A DNA stretch of 60,076 nt, counting the filler, from Sphacelaria rigidula (Eukaryota), in assembly GCA_964200075.2 (NCBI GenBank). It is 8 parts of 8 records of this genome, joined end to end, with 100 filler letters (N's around TTAATTAATTAA, not from the genome) between each part and the next. Parts side by side here need not be neighbours in the genome. Positions count along the whole stretch, not along the records: positions 7,523 to 14,944 come from CAXNAA020014992.1; positions 15,045 to 22,466 come from CAXNAA020014993.1; positions 22,567 to 29,988 come from CAXNAA020014994.1; 5 more parts are not named here. One strand, given 5' to 3'. Below, in pieces: positions 11,964 to 25,423 of the stretch (the first letter of the stretch is position 1; each line of letters begins with the position of its first letter). The position numbers and the translations under genes are program-made. The notes beneath the pieces are model-generated. The model did no database searches. It was not told the DNA's origin and saw only the letters and a list, made by a program, of their open reading frames with translations.

Positions 11964-12353
11964 GTGGCACACGACGACGTAAGCACGGTCGTACTCACCA
12001 ACGATGCCATGCGAGACCATCGGAATTTCATGCCCAGCGAGCGCCACTTCAGGCGCTGGAAACAGGGCCACATGGTGCGATTCTCGTTCACCTGGGGGCC
12101 GGAGGGAACGCATCCATGGCTGGCCAAGTGGAAGGCCGACTCCGATGCGTCCGAGCAGGATCAGGCGAGCGATCTGGACAAATTCGCGCATCTCAAGCCT
12201 CCCGAGATCACCTTGACGTCTGGCCTTGGGTGGGGGGAGGTGCAGAGGTCGGGGGATCACTGGCATCTTCCCGTTCGACTAAGGTACGCGTCAAGCTCTT
12301 GGGTGCAGAACCCCCTCGAATGGACCCCGGGTGGGACCGTTAAGAATGTGTGA
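11964..12353 (+). CDS. PRORP: Protein-only RNase P (PRORP), C-terminal NYN-domain exon; may instead end at the donor AAG|GTACG after 12283
   Basis: Acceptor CAG at 11961-11963; VVLTNDAMRDH...FRRWKQGHMVRF...PP...Q.SGDHWHLPV matches PRORP motifs (TNDxMRDH, RWKxxH, WHxP); upstream exons not found. Confidence 0.85.
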   Translation: MAHDDVSTVVLTNDAMRDHRNFMPSERHFRRWKQGHMVRFSFTWGPEGTHPWLAKWKADSDASEQDQASDLDKFAHLKPPEITLTSGLGWGEVQRSGDHWHLPVRLRYASSSWVQNPLEWTPGGTVKNV

Positions 12354-14779
12354 AGAGCTGTTGCCTGGGTTAGGGGTTGGGAAACTATGGCATACACTGT
12401 TTGGTGTTGTTGGGGGTGGGGTTTTCAACCGGAAGGAGTTCCTCCGGTGTAACGTCGGGGTTGCCGGTGTTGAGAGTCAGCCGGTGATATTGTTCCGAAA
12501 TGATGCCTGGCGCCCGAGGGATAAATCTGATTGTTGGATTCACATTTTTTTTTTCTGTAACAGCTGGTGCTTCGAAAATAAAACTTTTTGTGTTTTGTTG
12601 CTTTTGATTATTTCGACTCAGATTGACATCTTCATTCTGCTGTATAATCCCACGTTCTGCTGTATACTCCGTTGGTCGAGGAGCGAAATTGCGAAGTCTC
12701 CCGCTTACGATCATCCTCGACGCACACAGTTTTCTCATCGCTGGGACGTGTGAAGTCGCGTCTTGGTTTCTCTTGTGCTGTACTGCTGAGAGCGTTTTTT
12801 TTTGAGACACGGAGAAGAACCGCAAAGGCTGAAAAAATAGCAATACTACCGCTAAAGATTGACCCGTAAGATTATGCTTGAACACGCATTTGAATCGCAA
12901 GTGAAGGTCAGCACGACTGCAACGGTGGTGCGGGCTTGTATCATGTATAAGCTATTGTTGAGTATCACTTGTACGACGGCTTCCGCCAAGACTCTTGCAT
13001 TGCTTAGTGCAACTTGTTGAAGATAGTAAACGCGCTTCTCCCGTCAAAATATATGCGTCTTTCCGGAGTGTTCTACATGCCCATTTATCAGTCAGTCGTG
13101 TTTACTGACCAAGCAGGCAATATGAAAACTGTCGTGGTGATAGCGCAACCTCCGGTGCTTCTCGTAGTAAATATACGCAGGTGAGCGCATTTTATTTTCG
13201 TTCGGGTATGAGTGAATGCGCTTCTTGCGCAAAACGTCCTCCATCTACACCCATGTTGCGGAGGCTGCCCATATCTGTTTCTTACTTGTTTTCATTGTTT
13301 TTTGTTGCTGTCTTTTTAGCAAACTCTGTATTTTTATCTCTTTTTGTTGTGTCTTCATATTTTCGTCAACTTTCTTCGGCGAGCGTTCCCGTGTTGTCCA
13401 CCTTGGGTCCGTCTGTCTCGTGGATAATGACCACGGCTGGATCATGACTACCTCGGGGATCTGTCAATGTGCGACAATCGATCAATCAAATGCATGTTTT
13501 CTCAAGAACATCGACGTGTCCCATTTTTGATGCAAAGCTGAGCACATGCCAAGCCTCTCCACTACGATATCCATGTAATATCACTACGTTCCTCCGCATG
13601 CACCTGAAGTCTATGCCCCCATTCCCCCGCCACGCCACGCAAGCGCCGATCCTTCCGATGCCCCTCCTTCTCCTACAACTATCACTACCGTCGAACCTGC
13701 CGCCTGCAGTGACTCCGACGACACACGGAAGAAGCACCGACTGCGAGAAGCGAAGGACAGAGTCCACATCACCGCCGCACCTGGAGAAGACAGGAAAAAA
13801 TGGCTGTGCGTGCCCGTGCCTAAATCCCGAAAATCTGCCGAAGTGGAAGATTCTATCTCCGAGATGGTGGCAGCCGTTGGACGTGAAGAGTTCGGAAGCT
13901 CCCGCGCGGGGTTAGAACTTGAGTTGGATTCGTCCCGCGATGCCGAGAATGACGAGGACCGCCAGCATTCCTTTTCAAGAGGTGACGACGGCGATTTGAC
14001 ACATGCTCTCAAGCCATCACTCTCCGACTCTGGAAACGTTTCCACCGCACCACGTGGTTACCGGGATGATCTCGTTGTTAGCGGGGCGATTAATGCCCCG
14101 CCAATTGGTGGTATCACCCCGCACGCCGCCGATGACGCGGCGCCTGACACTAGCGATACCCCTCCTGTCGCGGGGGGATCGGGATTCAGCATCTTGCCTG
14201 GAGGGAGGGGATCCGCCAGCCGAAAACCTGGCCGGCCATTGTTGTTTTGATCTGTTTCGATGGTTGAGCTTCCGAGAGGGTCTGTGCTGCTAAGTTTGAC
14301 ACTCACGATGGCTGATAGGGATGGGTTGTATAAATGTGGTACTGAGTTACAGTAAGATGACTTTTGGAGCGCATCCGCTTCGCAGTGGTGACAGATAGCG
14401 TTGGTATGCGGAGTAGAGATTATTGTTCAATTTTTTGCTTGCGGTTGCCGTGACTACACATTTTTTCTCTGGATGGATCATAGCTAAGTTTGTAAAGCTG
14501 GAAATCTGTAGTTTTTATATGCTGGGTTCGGCACACTTTCGGGTGCTTATCGTGCTTAATCAGAATGTGTCACCGGTTTTTGCAAACAGAGTATATCGCG
14601 CACATCGTTAGTCCTCGACCAGTTCGGTCAAACAATCGCCCCCTGTGGTTTGGAGGACCGATTGTCATACAGCAGCTACCGCAGGCGATGGTGTGTTTTG
14701 TCACCGATGAAATGTGTATTGCCCGTGATTGAGAAAGATATCATACGTCGGACGAGCACGAGTGTCACTCGTGGCACTC

Positions 14780-14920
14780 GCACTCGTTGGGCTGCTCGTT
14801 GGCCGAAAAATTAATAGGGCGTGCACTCGAGTCATTGCTCGTTGTGCAAAAACTGATTAGGGCGAGCACTCGAGTCATTGCTCGTTGCGCAAAAAATGAA
14901 TAGGGCGAGCACTCGAGTCC
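14780..14920. repeat. 43-bp tandem repeat x3.3
   Basis: GCACTCG unit starts at 14780, 14823, 14866, 14909; no unique spacers. Confidence 0.9.
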
Positions 14921-17343
14921 TTCGTCGAGGGGAAAAGAGTGGATNNNNNNNNNNNNNNNNNNNNNNNNNNNNNNNNNNNNNNNNNNNNTTAATTAATTAA
15001 NNNNNNNNNNNNNNNNNNNNNNNNNNNNNNNNNNNNNNNNNNNNATAATCTGTGGAGATCGCCGTAAATTTTGTTGCACGCGGATTTTTGTTCAGCGGCC
15101 ACTCTCGAAACCTTGGAGCCAAGCAAAACTGGAAAGTGGGCTAGGGTCCTCTCTGTGGGGTGGTCCAAAGTGTTCAAGACGTGTGTTGGCGATTTTCTCT
15201 GTTTGGGGGTCAAAAAGGGGGTCAAACATCCCAAAAATGAACAATCCGTGCGGCAAAATCTGTGTGCCATAATATCCGGCCTTACTGACCAGATTGACGG
15301 AAAATCCGGCCGGGCAAAACAAAGTCCATGGGAGGGGACGAATATTAAACATCCCTTCTTTTTTTACATTTCTTGAACGGTACTAACGATGGGAGCGCGA
15401 CAAAAAAAATGGTGCCACAATACCTCCTGTAACGCCCTCAACAACAAATCGGCCTTATATTACGGATATCCTTATCGGCCTTATATTCCCGGCCAGAGGG
15501 AGTATATAGCGACCCGTACTTATGAACTCGGTGCCACTTAGAGTAACCACATTTTCAAAAACATGCTGCCATCATGCCGCTGTCACCCAAACAACTCAAA
15601 ATCAAATGGTCGAGAGGGCTAGCACTCTCCATCTCGAACAAAGCGACCCGCAATCTCTATTTCTGCCCAGAGATGATCGCGGGAACGCGGGAACAGACGT
15701 CCCTACCCGATGGCTGGAAATGCTCCGAGAATCCATGACTGCCGCCATGCATATCCAACCACGCGAGCCGTGTTGGAAGTGAGGAGGTGTCATCTCTTCC
15801 CAGCGCAGATATCGGAACGGTTTTTCGATGTGGAGACAACAATAAAATCATCGAGGTTGAGCCGAAGAAACCATTGAAACCAACGGCAGTGAAGTCTGTC
15901 GGCATCCCCGCTTCACGTCTGGGTTCATGCACTGCACCCTACCTTACCGCTGTGATGTGACCCGCGGTACATGTACACGCCTGAGCGCGATCATGACAGC
16001 AGTATCACGCTTGCGGGGCCTCCATGCAGTCCGTGCACAGATACACGAACGGGGTGGGCAACAGAGGTCCCTATATATCGTGCAAGATTCCTCGTTGAAC
16101 TGACTGCGTTGCTGATCCCAGGATCTAGGCGAACACAGCTGACTGCGCTAAGACGTAGGTTGGCACAGCACGCTTGCTGACGCGTTGCCGGAGCGAGACG
16201 GGACGTGCGCTACCGAACGCCCCGAGGGAATTTATAGTCTGCGCCATTTGTACGGTATTGCAGCACGTCGAGAACCTCACCAATTTCACCAGTGATCGAA
16301 TCTGTTACTAGAGTGCTCCTTGCCATGACTGTAACGCAGATAGCACATCTGGTACGGAATACAAAGTAGTATCAGGTCTGCATCAGCGCAAACCTAGTAC
16401 ATTGATGCCCTCCTGGTGGTGCCGACAGAGCAACAGCCAGATAAGGCCACCGTGCTGGGTGGGAAGGGAAGTATCCCAGAGACCTGGCGCACAGATGGTA
16501 TTGACTAATGTACTAATGTCTGTACCGCTTGTCTGATTCTGTTTCGAATTTTTATCTCAACGCCAAGACAGACTCAAGCACACAGATCCTCAAGGCACAC
16601 ATATGTCGAATTGCAGCATTGTCTATATCTTATCTTATCATCGCAGCATGTTGCCGAGTGCTCGGCACTACTGCCCAGTACTGCCGTACATTACCACTGC
16701 ACTGCGGTGTAGTGAACAGTCTGTTACGCCCTCCTGTTCACATGCCACTACATGCCATTTCTCGTCTGTAGGTGGAACAAACACAGCTGATCAATCGGAG
16801 AAAAAGATGAGGAATGACTGCATTCTGCACAGATGCATATACATACTGCCGAACCGCACGACATACCCACTGACATACCCACCCACACAAACACGCGGCC
16901 CACCTGCTGCACCGACTGCACGCGATCGCTGTTGAACAGGATAGTGCAATGCTGCTCGATAGCCGCCATTTTCTGCACGGCTAAGTAACCACCCCGTTCT
17001 TCCCCAGCTACCTTCCACCCTCTCCAGCTCCCCTTGTGGCTCAAGCTTCTCCCTCGTGAACCCAAGGACCACAAACAATTCCGGGCAGGTTGCCTCAACA
17101 GAACACTAGTGTTTTATCCCTCCAGAGATAGCTGAGACAACCCAGCAAAATTAGTGGAGGTAAGATTAGTGGTTATCTATCAGAGCGAAGTCTGGGTCGC
17201 TTTCCGTGCAGCTTTCCGGCTGCGCCTTGCTAGTTCTCGTTCGCGGTCCGGTTTCTAGCGCATCGAAAGTTGAAAGGGTGTTCGTGAATTATGAATAAGA
17301 ATTATGAGGCATACTTTCCCCTGAAAAAATATACATGCTACAC

Positions 17344-17577
17344 CCTTGACGGGTGACGGTGTATAACACCCCTGAGTGATACCGTGTTCAACCTTGAGGC
17401 TTTGACGATAAAATACGTCCTTCTGATGGTTTTTCAGGTTTATAGATATTTTCGAGTGGATTAAGAGCTTTAGGGTCCCAAAAAACTCAATTAGAGCTGC
17501 TTGACCCTCTCAGATCTTGATAAAATCGATGTCAAGCAAAGTTATAGGAGGGTGTTATATAACGTCACGTAGGGTCT
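17344..17577. mobile_element. Degenerate MITE-like element
   Basis: Imperfect inverted ends CCCT..GTGACGGTGTATAACACCC / GGGTGTTATATAACGTCAC..AGGG; no clear TSD. Confidence 0.45.
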
Positions 17578-17673
17578 TCCCTCTTCCGGCAAAAGTACGG
17601 TGTGTACCTCAAAAAAATTCAATGCTCTGGGGCACTAGCAACACACGACAATCGGCAACATCACCCTTTTAAC

Positions 17674-17985
17674 ATGAGGAGACGAAAGAAAGACAAGCTA
17701 ACCAAGCCGGCCTCCTACGCAGAAGCCGCAGCTTCAGCCGCAGCCGCCGACACTCTGCTCGACAACTTCCTTCATATTCACCACCACAACACTGTGCCAA
17801 CAACTGCAGCAGGAGATTCATCCTTGACCCCTGCGGTCGCAGTTGCAGAAGGCGTTCCATCAAGTGGCAGCCTCGGCAAAATATCGTTGCTAGCCATGGC
17901 AAGAAGCAGGTCGCCCCCTCAGCAGCAACGACGTCGCAGTGGCTTATTGGGTCTCAGTGGCAGCGTACGAGAACTGGTAGAGCAG
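17674..17985 (+). CDS. Possible first coding exon of an unknown gene
   Basis: ATG-initiated 104-codon Ala/Ser-rich frame with a basic N-terminus (MRRRKKDK) ending at CAG|GTACT; no homology recognised. Confidence 0.3.
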
Positions 17986-19024
17986 GTACTCCAATGTACA
18001 ACAGTAACCACCTGTACGTACTTTCGTGACTCTTTCTCTCTGTTTAACTTTTAAAAGACCGAGATTCGTCGATCTGAATTTTAGTATGTACCGACAATTA
18101 TCAACGATGTGTGCCAAAAATTGGGTGTTGTGTTCGCGAGGTTTTGGGGGAGGGTCGGGGGAGGGTCGCTCGGGACGTGGACACACAGCTGGATACAGTA
18201 CGAGGTGGAGTACTTTCTGGATCGAGAAAGAAGGGGAGGCTGTCTGTATGTGCATGGATCCACGTTGCCTTTGTTTTTGTGAGTTGAAAACTTGGTGGGA
18301 ACATTTTTGCACTCCTACCATTTGTGCTCCTGTTGTAGTTTCAACTGGCTCTAGCCTGCCTCTCCTATTCTACAAGTGAATCGATATATTCAACGAATCC
18401 TCAGCTGATGTCGAAGGAGGGCGTTGAATATGCTGCCAGCCCAGGAAGCAGCATGCCCGCCCAATCCTAAAGATAGGGAGGTACAACTGAGTTAGAAATC
18501 GCGCCCTCTTGTCACATTTGCCTTTTTCATAGCCAGTGTTGTGCACACACGGAATGCAGAAGCTTCCATGGATCGTGAGCATGATGACCCAACACAACCC
18601 AAGGGCACGTGTCGGTTTTCCGTTGTTTCATGATCCGGTCCATCACATTTTATCCGCATAAACGCTTTAGGGGTTTGCTGGCGGACCCGCCTAGAGAATA
18701 CCGAGCACCTTGTTCTATCGGTTGCAAATTCGAACTCTTCACGCGTTTGAGATACACGGTCGGGGTGTGCTACAACACAATGGACGGGATGGGCTTCAAG
18801 GCATGGGGGCGCATAGCATATGTGAGAAGTTCCGATCTGCCCCCCCTTACTCGTTCATCCGCTACCCGTTTCACACCTGCACCGTATTCTGCCGTCGTTT
18901 TTGTGTGCGTCCCGTGTGGAGAGCTCCCGCTCAGATATTTCGAAAACCTCGCTCTGATGATGTCACAGGCTTGGGTACTTTATGTCGGGAGTACAGGTGG
19001 CATAATTGTTACCTGGAGGACTAT

Positions 19025-19151
19025 TGTTTTCGTTTTTGTTGTTGTTGTTGTCTTGACATTGAAAACCGTTCCGATATCTGCGCAGTACTCTGTATCTGTA
19101 CTAATATAGTACTGGGCATCGGAAGCGGTCACCTTCCGTGGTCACAGGCTA
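19025..19151 (-). mobile_element. (AAC)n-tailed non-LTR 3'-end fragment (also 15802-15846 + and 48402-48525 +)
   Basis: TAGCCTGTGACCACGGAAGG...GCGCAGATATCGGAACGGTTTT..ATGT.AAGAC then (AAC)n; RTE-like assignment is inferred from the tail only. Confidence 0.7.
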
Positions 19152-19459
19152 ACTAAGTATCCAAAATAAGAGGTATAAAATAAAAAAAATCAGGTCCAGA
19201 AAAATTAAAAATTAAAACTGGTTTCTGGTGGATCCATGGCTCACCTCCCACAGATGGGGGTATAACTCAGAGTGAGTCTTTTTTTTTTCGCGCAAGCGCG
19301 ATTATGACCCGGATGTTTGAAAACGGCACTCGGCAAAAATCGAAGACCCGTCTGAAATCAGGGGACGAACTATCACATGGGACATGTTGTGTCTCACTGT
19401 GCTGCAGCATGAACACTCTCATGCCCTCACTCATATGCTGTAGCTGTCACTGCGATGTG

Positions 19460-19801
19460 GTGTGTTGTCGCCCCATCTATCGTGGGCGCCGCTTTACACA
19501 TTTCGGTGTAAGTGGGCGCACCAGCTGGGGTCAAACAGGAGAAAGGCCAACACATGAGTTTTTTTTTCCTAGTTCTCCACCTTTCTTCTGCGGTGCTTGC
19601 CTTTTTTTTTTATCGCGAAAGGAGTTCAGCCGTCCCTTTACCCACGTCGACCATAAAGTCAAATTTTGTGTAACCATGACATGGTCGCTCTCCTCTGTTG
19701 GGCATTGCGTGAGAAAAAATCCCACATCGCTCCGAGAATTGAACCCACGACCCGACCGTCAGAAGGTCGAGGTTTCCAACTGAGCCACCGGAGCGATCGA
19801 T
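19460..19801 (-). mobile_element. SINE family 1, full length
   Basis: Head TGGCTCAGTTGG / GGTTCAATTCT; flanking near-repeat TGCG(A/G)TGTG at 19451-19459 and 19802-19810. Confidence 0.85.
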
Positions 19802-20773
19802 TGCGGTGTGTTGAAATCTTTGCGAAGATGGTTTGATCTCCGCTGGGACTGCTTGAGTCGCCTTTACTGTCACTGCGTTCGTCTCTACAGAAAATAAGGG
19901 GGAAAAAATAACGTTGGTCAGCACTGTAGTGCTGTCTATACACGGTTGAAACCTTCCTAGTGTGTTGGCTGTTTTGTCTCCCGTAAAACGAACAAGGCGT
20001 TTCCCACACCCATCATTTCTATGCTGTGGTTGTCGCTGTGCTGTTATGCACTTGAACAGTCGTACTGCTGCATGCCGCGTTTCGGGCTGCACAGAATTGG
20101 GGTGGGGTAGATCAAAATGCTGTCTACACAAACTTGAAACGATTACTTGGCGGCTGTGCAGCTGTCTGTTGCGTCTTCTCTGATACTTCAGTTGTAGTCG
20201 GGTGCTGTAATCGGGGAAGACACGCAAGGCGGGTGCTTGCAAGTTAGGGCAGATAAACTGAGCCAGCACGGAGCTGCCGTATCCCCAGCGATTGGTGGTG
20301 GCAGCTGTCTGACTCGCAGCGGCGCAATGTGTGGGCCAATCAGAGCTATTTGGTTACTCAATTCCCACTCGATTCTTTCATCTGATCGAAGAAAGGTCGC
20401 CGCATTTTCGTATATTGAGAGGCTCTGATTGCTCGAAAAATATTGCCAATCGAAATTCTTGACCCCATCTGTGGGCCCTGTGCCGGATCCATAGATACGG
20501 GTCAAAGTATATAACGCGTGCACTAATATTAAGATATTACATGTATCTGTCTTGCGTGTGCAACCCCGTGTGCTACTATAGAACATCGCCCCCTTTCGAA
20601 GTTATACCGTAAGCTTGTGAAAATATCATCGATATACTATCCTGGGCTGTAGCCAGCTAGCGGAGAGAAACGAAGCCCAGACTGGGCCTGTATAGAAAAG
20701 AACCCAAACATTTCAGTCTTGTTGACTTCTCTGCGGTACATGAGTCTTGCGTAGCGCACGTGTGCTCACCAAC

Positions 20774-21647
20774 GGCGCGACCTATTTGCAGGTGGGGTAT
20801 GCAAATATGAGTGCGCAGGTCGCGAACGCCTCCAGACCCAAATCCACAATAAACCCAATTTCAAATTGAAATGCTGCACACACGAAACAACCACCAGTCG
20901 TACTCCACAGCAATCCACAGCAGGGCAGGCAAGAAAGGATCTTGTCGTCGGGCAGGAGACCGCATACGTCAGCGGCGATGAGCTCTTTACTCGATATTGA
21001 CAGACAAAAGTCGAATTGGGTTCTTGGTCAACCAAGCTCCGCGCATGCTCGATTGAACGGATGCCCTGAGCACACTGTATACGCATCAGCTGCTTGCTAT
21101 CGAAAATACCGCCTGTTGCAATGCTGTCAAAAGTTGTCGCCGTACAACGACACCACGCTGTCTCTACACTGACTGTTCTTGAGGCGGCGGCACGAGTAGT
21201 AGGAGTGTTGTATCGTACTACCAACTGTGTACAGAGCACAACAACCCCTGTACGGTATCAGTCGTGGCGACGTATTCACACACAATGGCAGGATTACGCT
21301 TGAACACTCGGATGATGACATGTTGTCCATGACGCCGCAGCATCAACATTATTTTTTCTTTGAGAAATTGCCTCGAAGAGGTGCTCCAAGAAAAAAACGA
21401 TTCAACTAATTATTCCCGATAATGTCGAGCAGAAAACTTAACAACACCCACATTTGCGGTATCCTGTCTGGCTACAAGAAGATTCTGTTCGGTGTTACTG
21501 TCCTGCTGTGATGTGCTGTGGAGTACGATTGTTGTCTATTATAGTCTGTTCAGCATCTGAAATTGAGCTTCTTGCAGATTTGGCTCTGGAGGTGTTCGCG
21601 ACCTGCTCGCTCTTATCTGCATACCCCACCTGCAAATAAGTCGCGCC
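20774..21647. mobile_element. Mutator-like non-autonomous element with about 190-bp TIRs
   Basis: GGCGCGACCTATTTGCAGGTGGGGTATGC inverted at both ends; degenerate 9-bp flanks CTCACCAAC / ACCGCCAAC (6/9). Confidence 0.75.
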
Positions 21648-22566
21648 ACCGCCAACACAAAAATCCCGACTTGAATCCGCTCAAGAATCATGGAAAACAA
21701 CGAAATTATAACTTATTTCAATCCAATTGTTTTATAACGACCCGTTCCTATGAACTCGGTGCCAACCGATTGTTCCTGTTTTTCCCCGCCTTGACTTTTT
21801 CTCGAGAAACAAGCCCAGCAAGGCAGGTTAGTGCGACTTCGCTGTACGAAAAACCACGACTGTTGCGCACGTTCTTGATTTTGTATACCCCAGCTCTATC
21901 CCTGACTCGAACCTCAACCCAAGGCAGCCGGAAAATTATCGGGCAAGGGGGGATTTCCCAGCGTGCCCTATTATTAGGTATGGTTTGCTTTGGCAAGAGC
22001 CTGGTCGTCGTTCACACTCAAGACAAGTAATATCAACTATGAGTAGATTGTAGCCCAAGTCCGGTTGACTCCGCCGTTTACATCGGTGGAGCTCAAATCG
22101 ATGCCTCCTTTTACCATGGTACGTCTTGTATCCCCCCCACCCCCTCCCCCTCCCCCTCTCTCCTGTCCCCCGAACACCAACACTAACACTCGCGGGTAAG
22201 GATTTTTCGAAAAATTTGTCCCCCGGGAGTGTGTAGGTCGGAATATGCGGCACAACATGCGAAGAGTTGAGTGTTCTCCGTGCTGTCTCCTTTTCTGTTT
22301 CATCAGGTTGGCTTCGTGGGAGACTCATGTGCCCTCCCGTCCATGCGTACTATCCAGTTTTGCTTCCTATTCCCCCTTCCTCCCCCCCCCCCCCCCGCCC
22401 CTCCGGGCGAGCCCCCCCGGGGCCCCGCCCCGCCCTTGTGGGGGGGGGCCCCCGCGGGGGGGGGCGNNNNNNNNNNNNNNNNNNNNNNNNNNNNNNNNNN
22501 NNNNNNNNNNTTAATTAATTAANNNNNNNNNNNNNNNNNNNNNNNNNNNNNNNNNNNNNNNNNNNN

Positions 22567-22635
22567 CCCCGGCTGATGCGCCCACATATCCCGAAAGGGG
22601 TAGACTGACGCTCAGTATAAATGGGACGACAACAC
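22567..22635 (+). mobile_element. SINE family 1, 3' tail at the contig start
   Basis: CCCCGGCTG.TGCGCCCACATA...ATGGGACGACAACAC. Confidence 0.8.
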
Positions 22636-25338
22636 TCAACCCTTCAATATTCTGACAATATGCTGACTCTCTGTATACGAGCTATACAATACATGAATTA
22701 TACATTATTCTACGACGAATATCTCAGACACACTGCACTACTTCGGTTATTCCGACGATCTGTATTATAACGATGAGCCGTTACTGGTTTTACCGCTAAT
22801 TCGAATATATATGTACATTCGGCGCTGTTATTTCTCAAACTTCCAACATGTGCGTGTTCCCTCATCTTTTCCCGGCAGATAATTGCGCCGTTGTATCGTC
22901 AACTAACCGTACCTCTGCTTGACGCAAGTATACCGTGTTTCCAGGAGCTCTGGGTTCTAGTAGAGAGACAGTTGCTCTCCACACACGGCAAGTTGAACCT
23001 CGCACAGCAAGATGCATCATAGTATATCACGACAGCAGTGCCAACTAAACTGTCGATTATCCACGTTCTGTAAACACATGATGAACAGTGCATGTTGTTT
23101 CACCCATCCTGTGGTGCCTGGTTGAGCATCCAGTTTAGGGAGTGGTGCAATTTTCCGGTCGACCAAAAGCTTCCGGTTTATATGCGTTCCGTTGCATCGC
23201 GGCAGCGAGTAGTGATCGCACGGCACGGGGTTGAAGTGTGCAGCCTATTCAACCGTTTTCCCCCGAGGAGATACACCCCATTCCAGTGCCCTGTTTTTAT
23301 GGTTGATTTTTCTTGGTTTGAGGACTACACCGAGATTCGGATCCCAAGCGCCGCTGATAGGTCCTAGGGCTCCTACCACGCGCGCGTTTTTGCCTAAATC
23401 CCCCAAAGGCGTCGATCTGATGTCTGCAAACTCACGCTCTACATAGAGCTCTCCGTGCTCCCCCCTTATTACCCGATGGTTCGTTCTCGGCATGTCTAGG
23501 GCTGGGGTTAGGGCTAGGGTTGGGGTTGTTTGGAAATAGTGTCATCCATGGACGTTGCGAACAACTGGAAGGGAACCATCTCCACAGAAATGGTCTTCAG
23601 TTGACCGAAGACAGTTTCAACTCTCAGAAGTCGCTAGAAACTCCGAAAATTGCGAAGAGACCATCACCAATACGCGGTTCCAGGTTTTCGTTGATTGCTG
23701 TAGGGCCCTACAAGATTACTGACTACAAAAAAATCACTCGATTCCGACCGAGTTTCATGTGCGGCAATCTGGATAAAAGCAGTCCCGGTGATGTGATCTG
23801 TTGAGCGAGGTGATTTTCGGTTGTTGATTGGGTATTCCGAGATCGCCATGATCGACGTTTGTGCATAGTTCTCGTGATGCGTATGAAGGTGACAAATGTG
23901 GCCGGGGCACACCGACGACTACACAGGGGAAAACATTTATGGTGGCAGAATGACACGACTACGTGTGATGTGTGTGTGGCTTAGTACTATTGAAAAGCAA
24001 GACAAGCGCGATGTCGCTCTAATCAAGACCAGGATGATTGAAACGACCTCCTTGTCCCCTCCTACACATCGGTACCAAAAGTTGTGTTCGCTGTAAATGC
24101 TTGCAAGTGTGAATTAGAAGCGCCGCACAGTGTCGACATACAAGCTACCAACATAACACATCTCACGTTTCTCACAGAGTACAACAACCACGATGCCTTC
24201 ATGGGTGAGACCGGGTTTTCCGAACGGCCCCTAGGTGAGCAAAACATCGCTTGCATTAGCCACGTTCCTTCTCCGCTACACAGTGAGCCGTGCAGCCACA
24301 TAACACCGCGCTACCAGCACAAAAGTCAAGGCTCGGACGCCTCTTCAACGACGATTCCGCAGATCCAGGGGTCCTAAAATGCTGGTGATTTCGAGCCCAG
24401 ATTTGCCGAAACATTTCAGCGCAATAATTCCTCCAGTCGATATCGATCCCGGTGATATGACCAGGCTACCCAACATGACATTAGGTCATGCGATCCAACA
24501 GCAGGTAACCGGCGCGTCCGAGATGCGTTTCGGCCCCGATCGCCTCGAAAAGAAGTTGACCGCAGCAGGCTCGCTGGTTACAAGTGCAATGAATGATGGT
24601 TGCATGTTCTAGATCGAGCTGGCTTCGTTTATGCTCTTGTTCTGAAACTTCGGAGAGGAAACGTCCTGACCCGACAGGAAAAGGGACCTTGTTCCTAATT
24701 CAGCATGGCCTTTTGGTGTTTCTTGAACGGTTGCATAGCTGCGATTGTGAATCACCGCAGAAACAGAGCGGTACCGATTGCGATGCTTCAAATAACGGTA
24801 TACTGTACTGGCACAATGAATGAATACATAATCAATCGCGTATGGCACGCTGGGTCCCTCGGGGATCAATTTATGTGCAAAAAATGTTGAAGAAAAAACA
24901 ACGTGCTAATGGCGAATCAAAATCTTGCGGGAGCAGACCGTGTGTCGCGGCAGAACTTCGGCGCATTCCAAAGTGAAGTGTTTTGTTCTTACAATGACGT
25001 CGGTGGTCGGCCAAACGTACATGTTATGTCGTCTTGATTCGTGCTGAACCATGTATTACTATCCTCGATTTCTTCACTTTTCTTTCACTTCAAAGCTCGT
25101 TCAGGTGAGTAGGATACCCCGTCGGAATATGTCGTGTGCATAATTAGACCCGGACGCGGGGAGTTTGTAATGTGCCGTTTTTCGCACCAGCCCCGGCTAA
25201 ATGTTGATCCATCTCACGGGAAGAGCACCCCCCGTTTCACCACGCCAATCACTCATCTCAGCAACTTGACTTGTGCCACCGAAAAAAGGAATCTCGTAGC
25301 CCCGGCTCCCTCTCTCTCTTCGCACGCTAGAGTCAATC

Positions 25339-25423
25339 ATGAAGATCAGCAGCAGGATGATGATCATCTTGCACTTTTCGGCCCTGATGCTGGCGGGCTT
25401 CGTATTGGCTGAACACGAAGAAG
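25339..25423 (+). CDS. Possible signal-peptide-encoding first exon (MKISSRMMIILHFSALMLAGFVLA-EHEE)
   Basis: Basic N-region, hydrophobic core, VLA cleavage-like site, donor AAG|GTTAG; not in the ORF track. Confidence 0.45.

Noticed and set aside
13469-14306. Overlapping 140-150-aa low-complexity ORFs on both strands
   Set aside because: No motif and no clear splice structure; coding status cannot be supported
14780-14920. CRISPR-like appearance of the 43-bp repeat (also 2341-2468, 33928-34260, 49862-50220)
   Set aside because: Units are contiguous with no unique spacers, there are no cas genes, and the context is eukaryotic
22375-22466. G/C-rich Pro/Gly ORFs and G-quadruplex candidates at contig ends (also 36794-36945, 37463-37495, 52460-52554)
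   Set aside because: Adjacent to gaps and probably low-quality sequence after homopolymers
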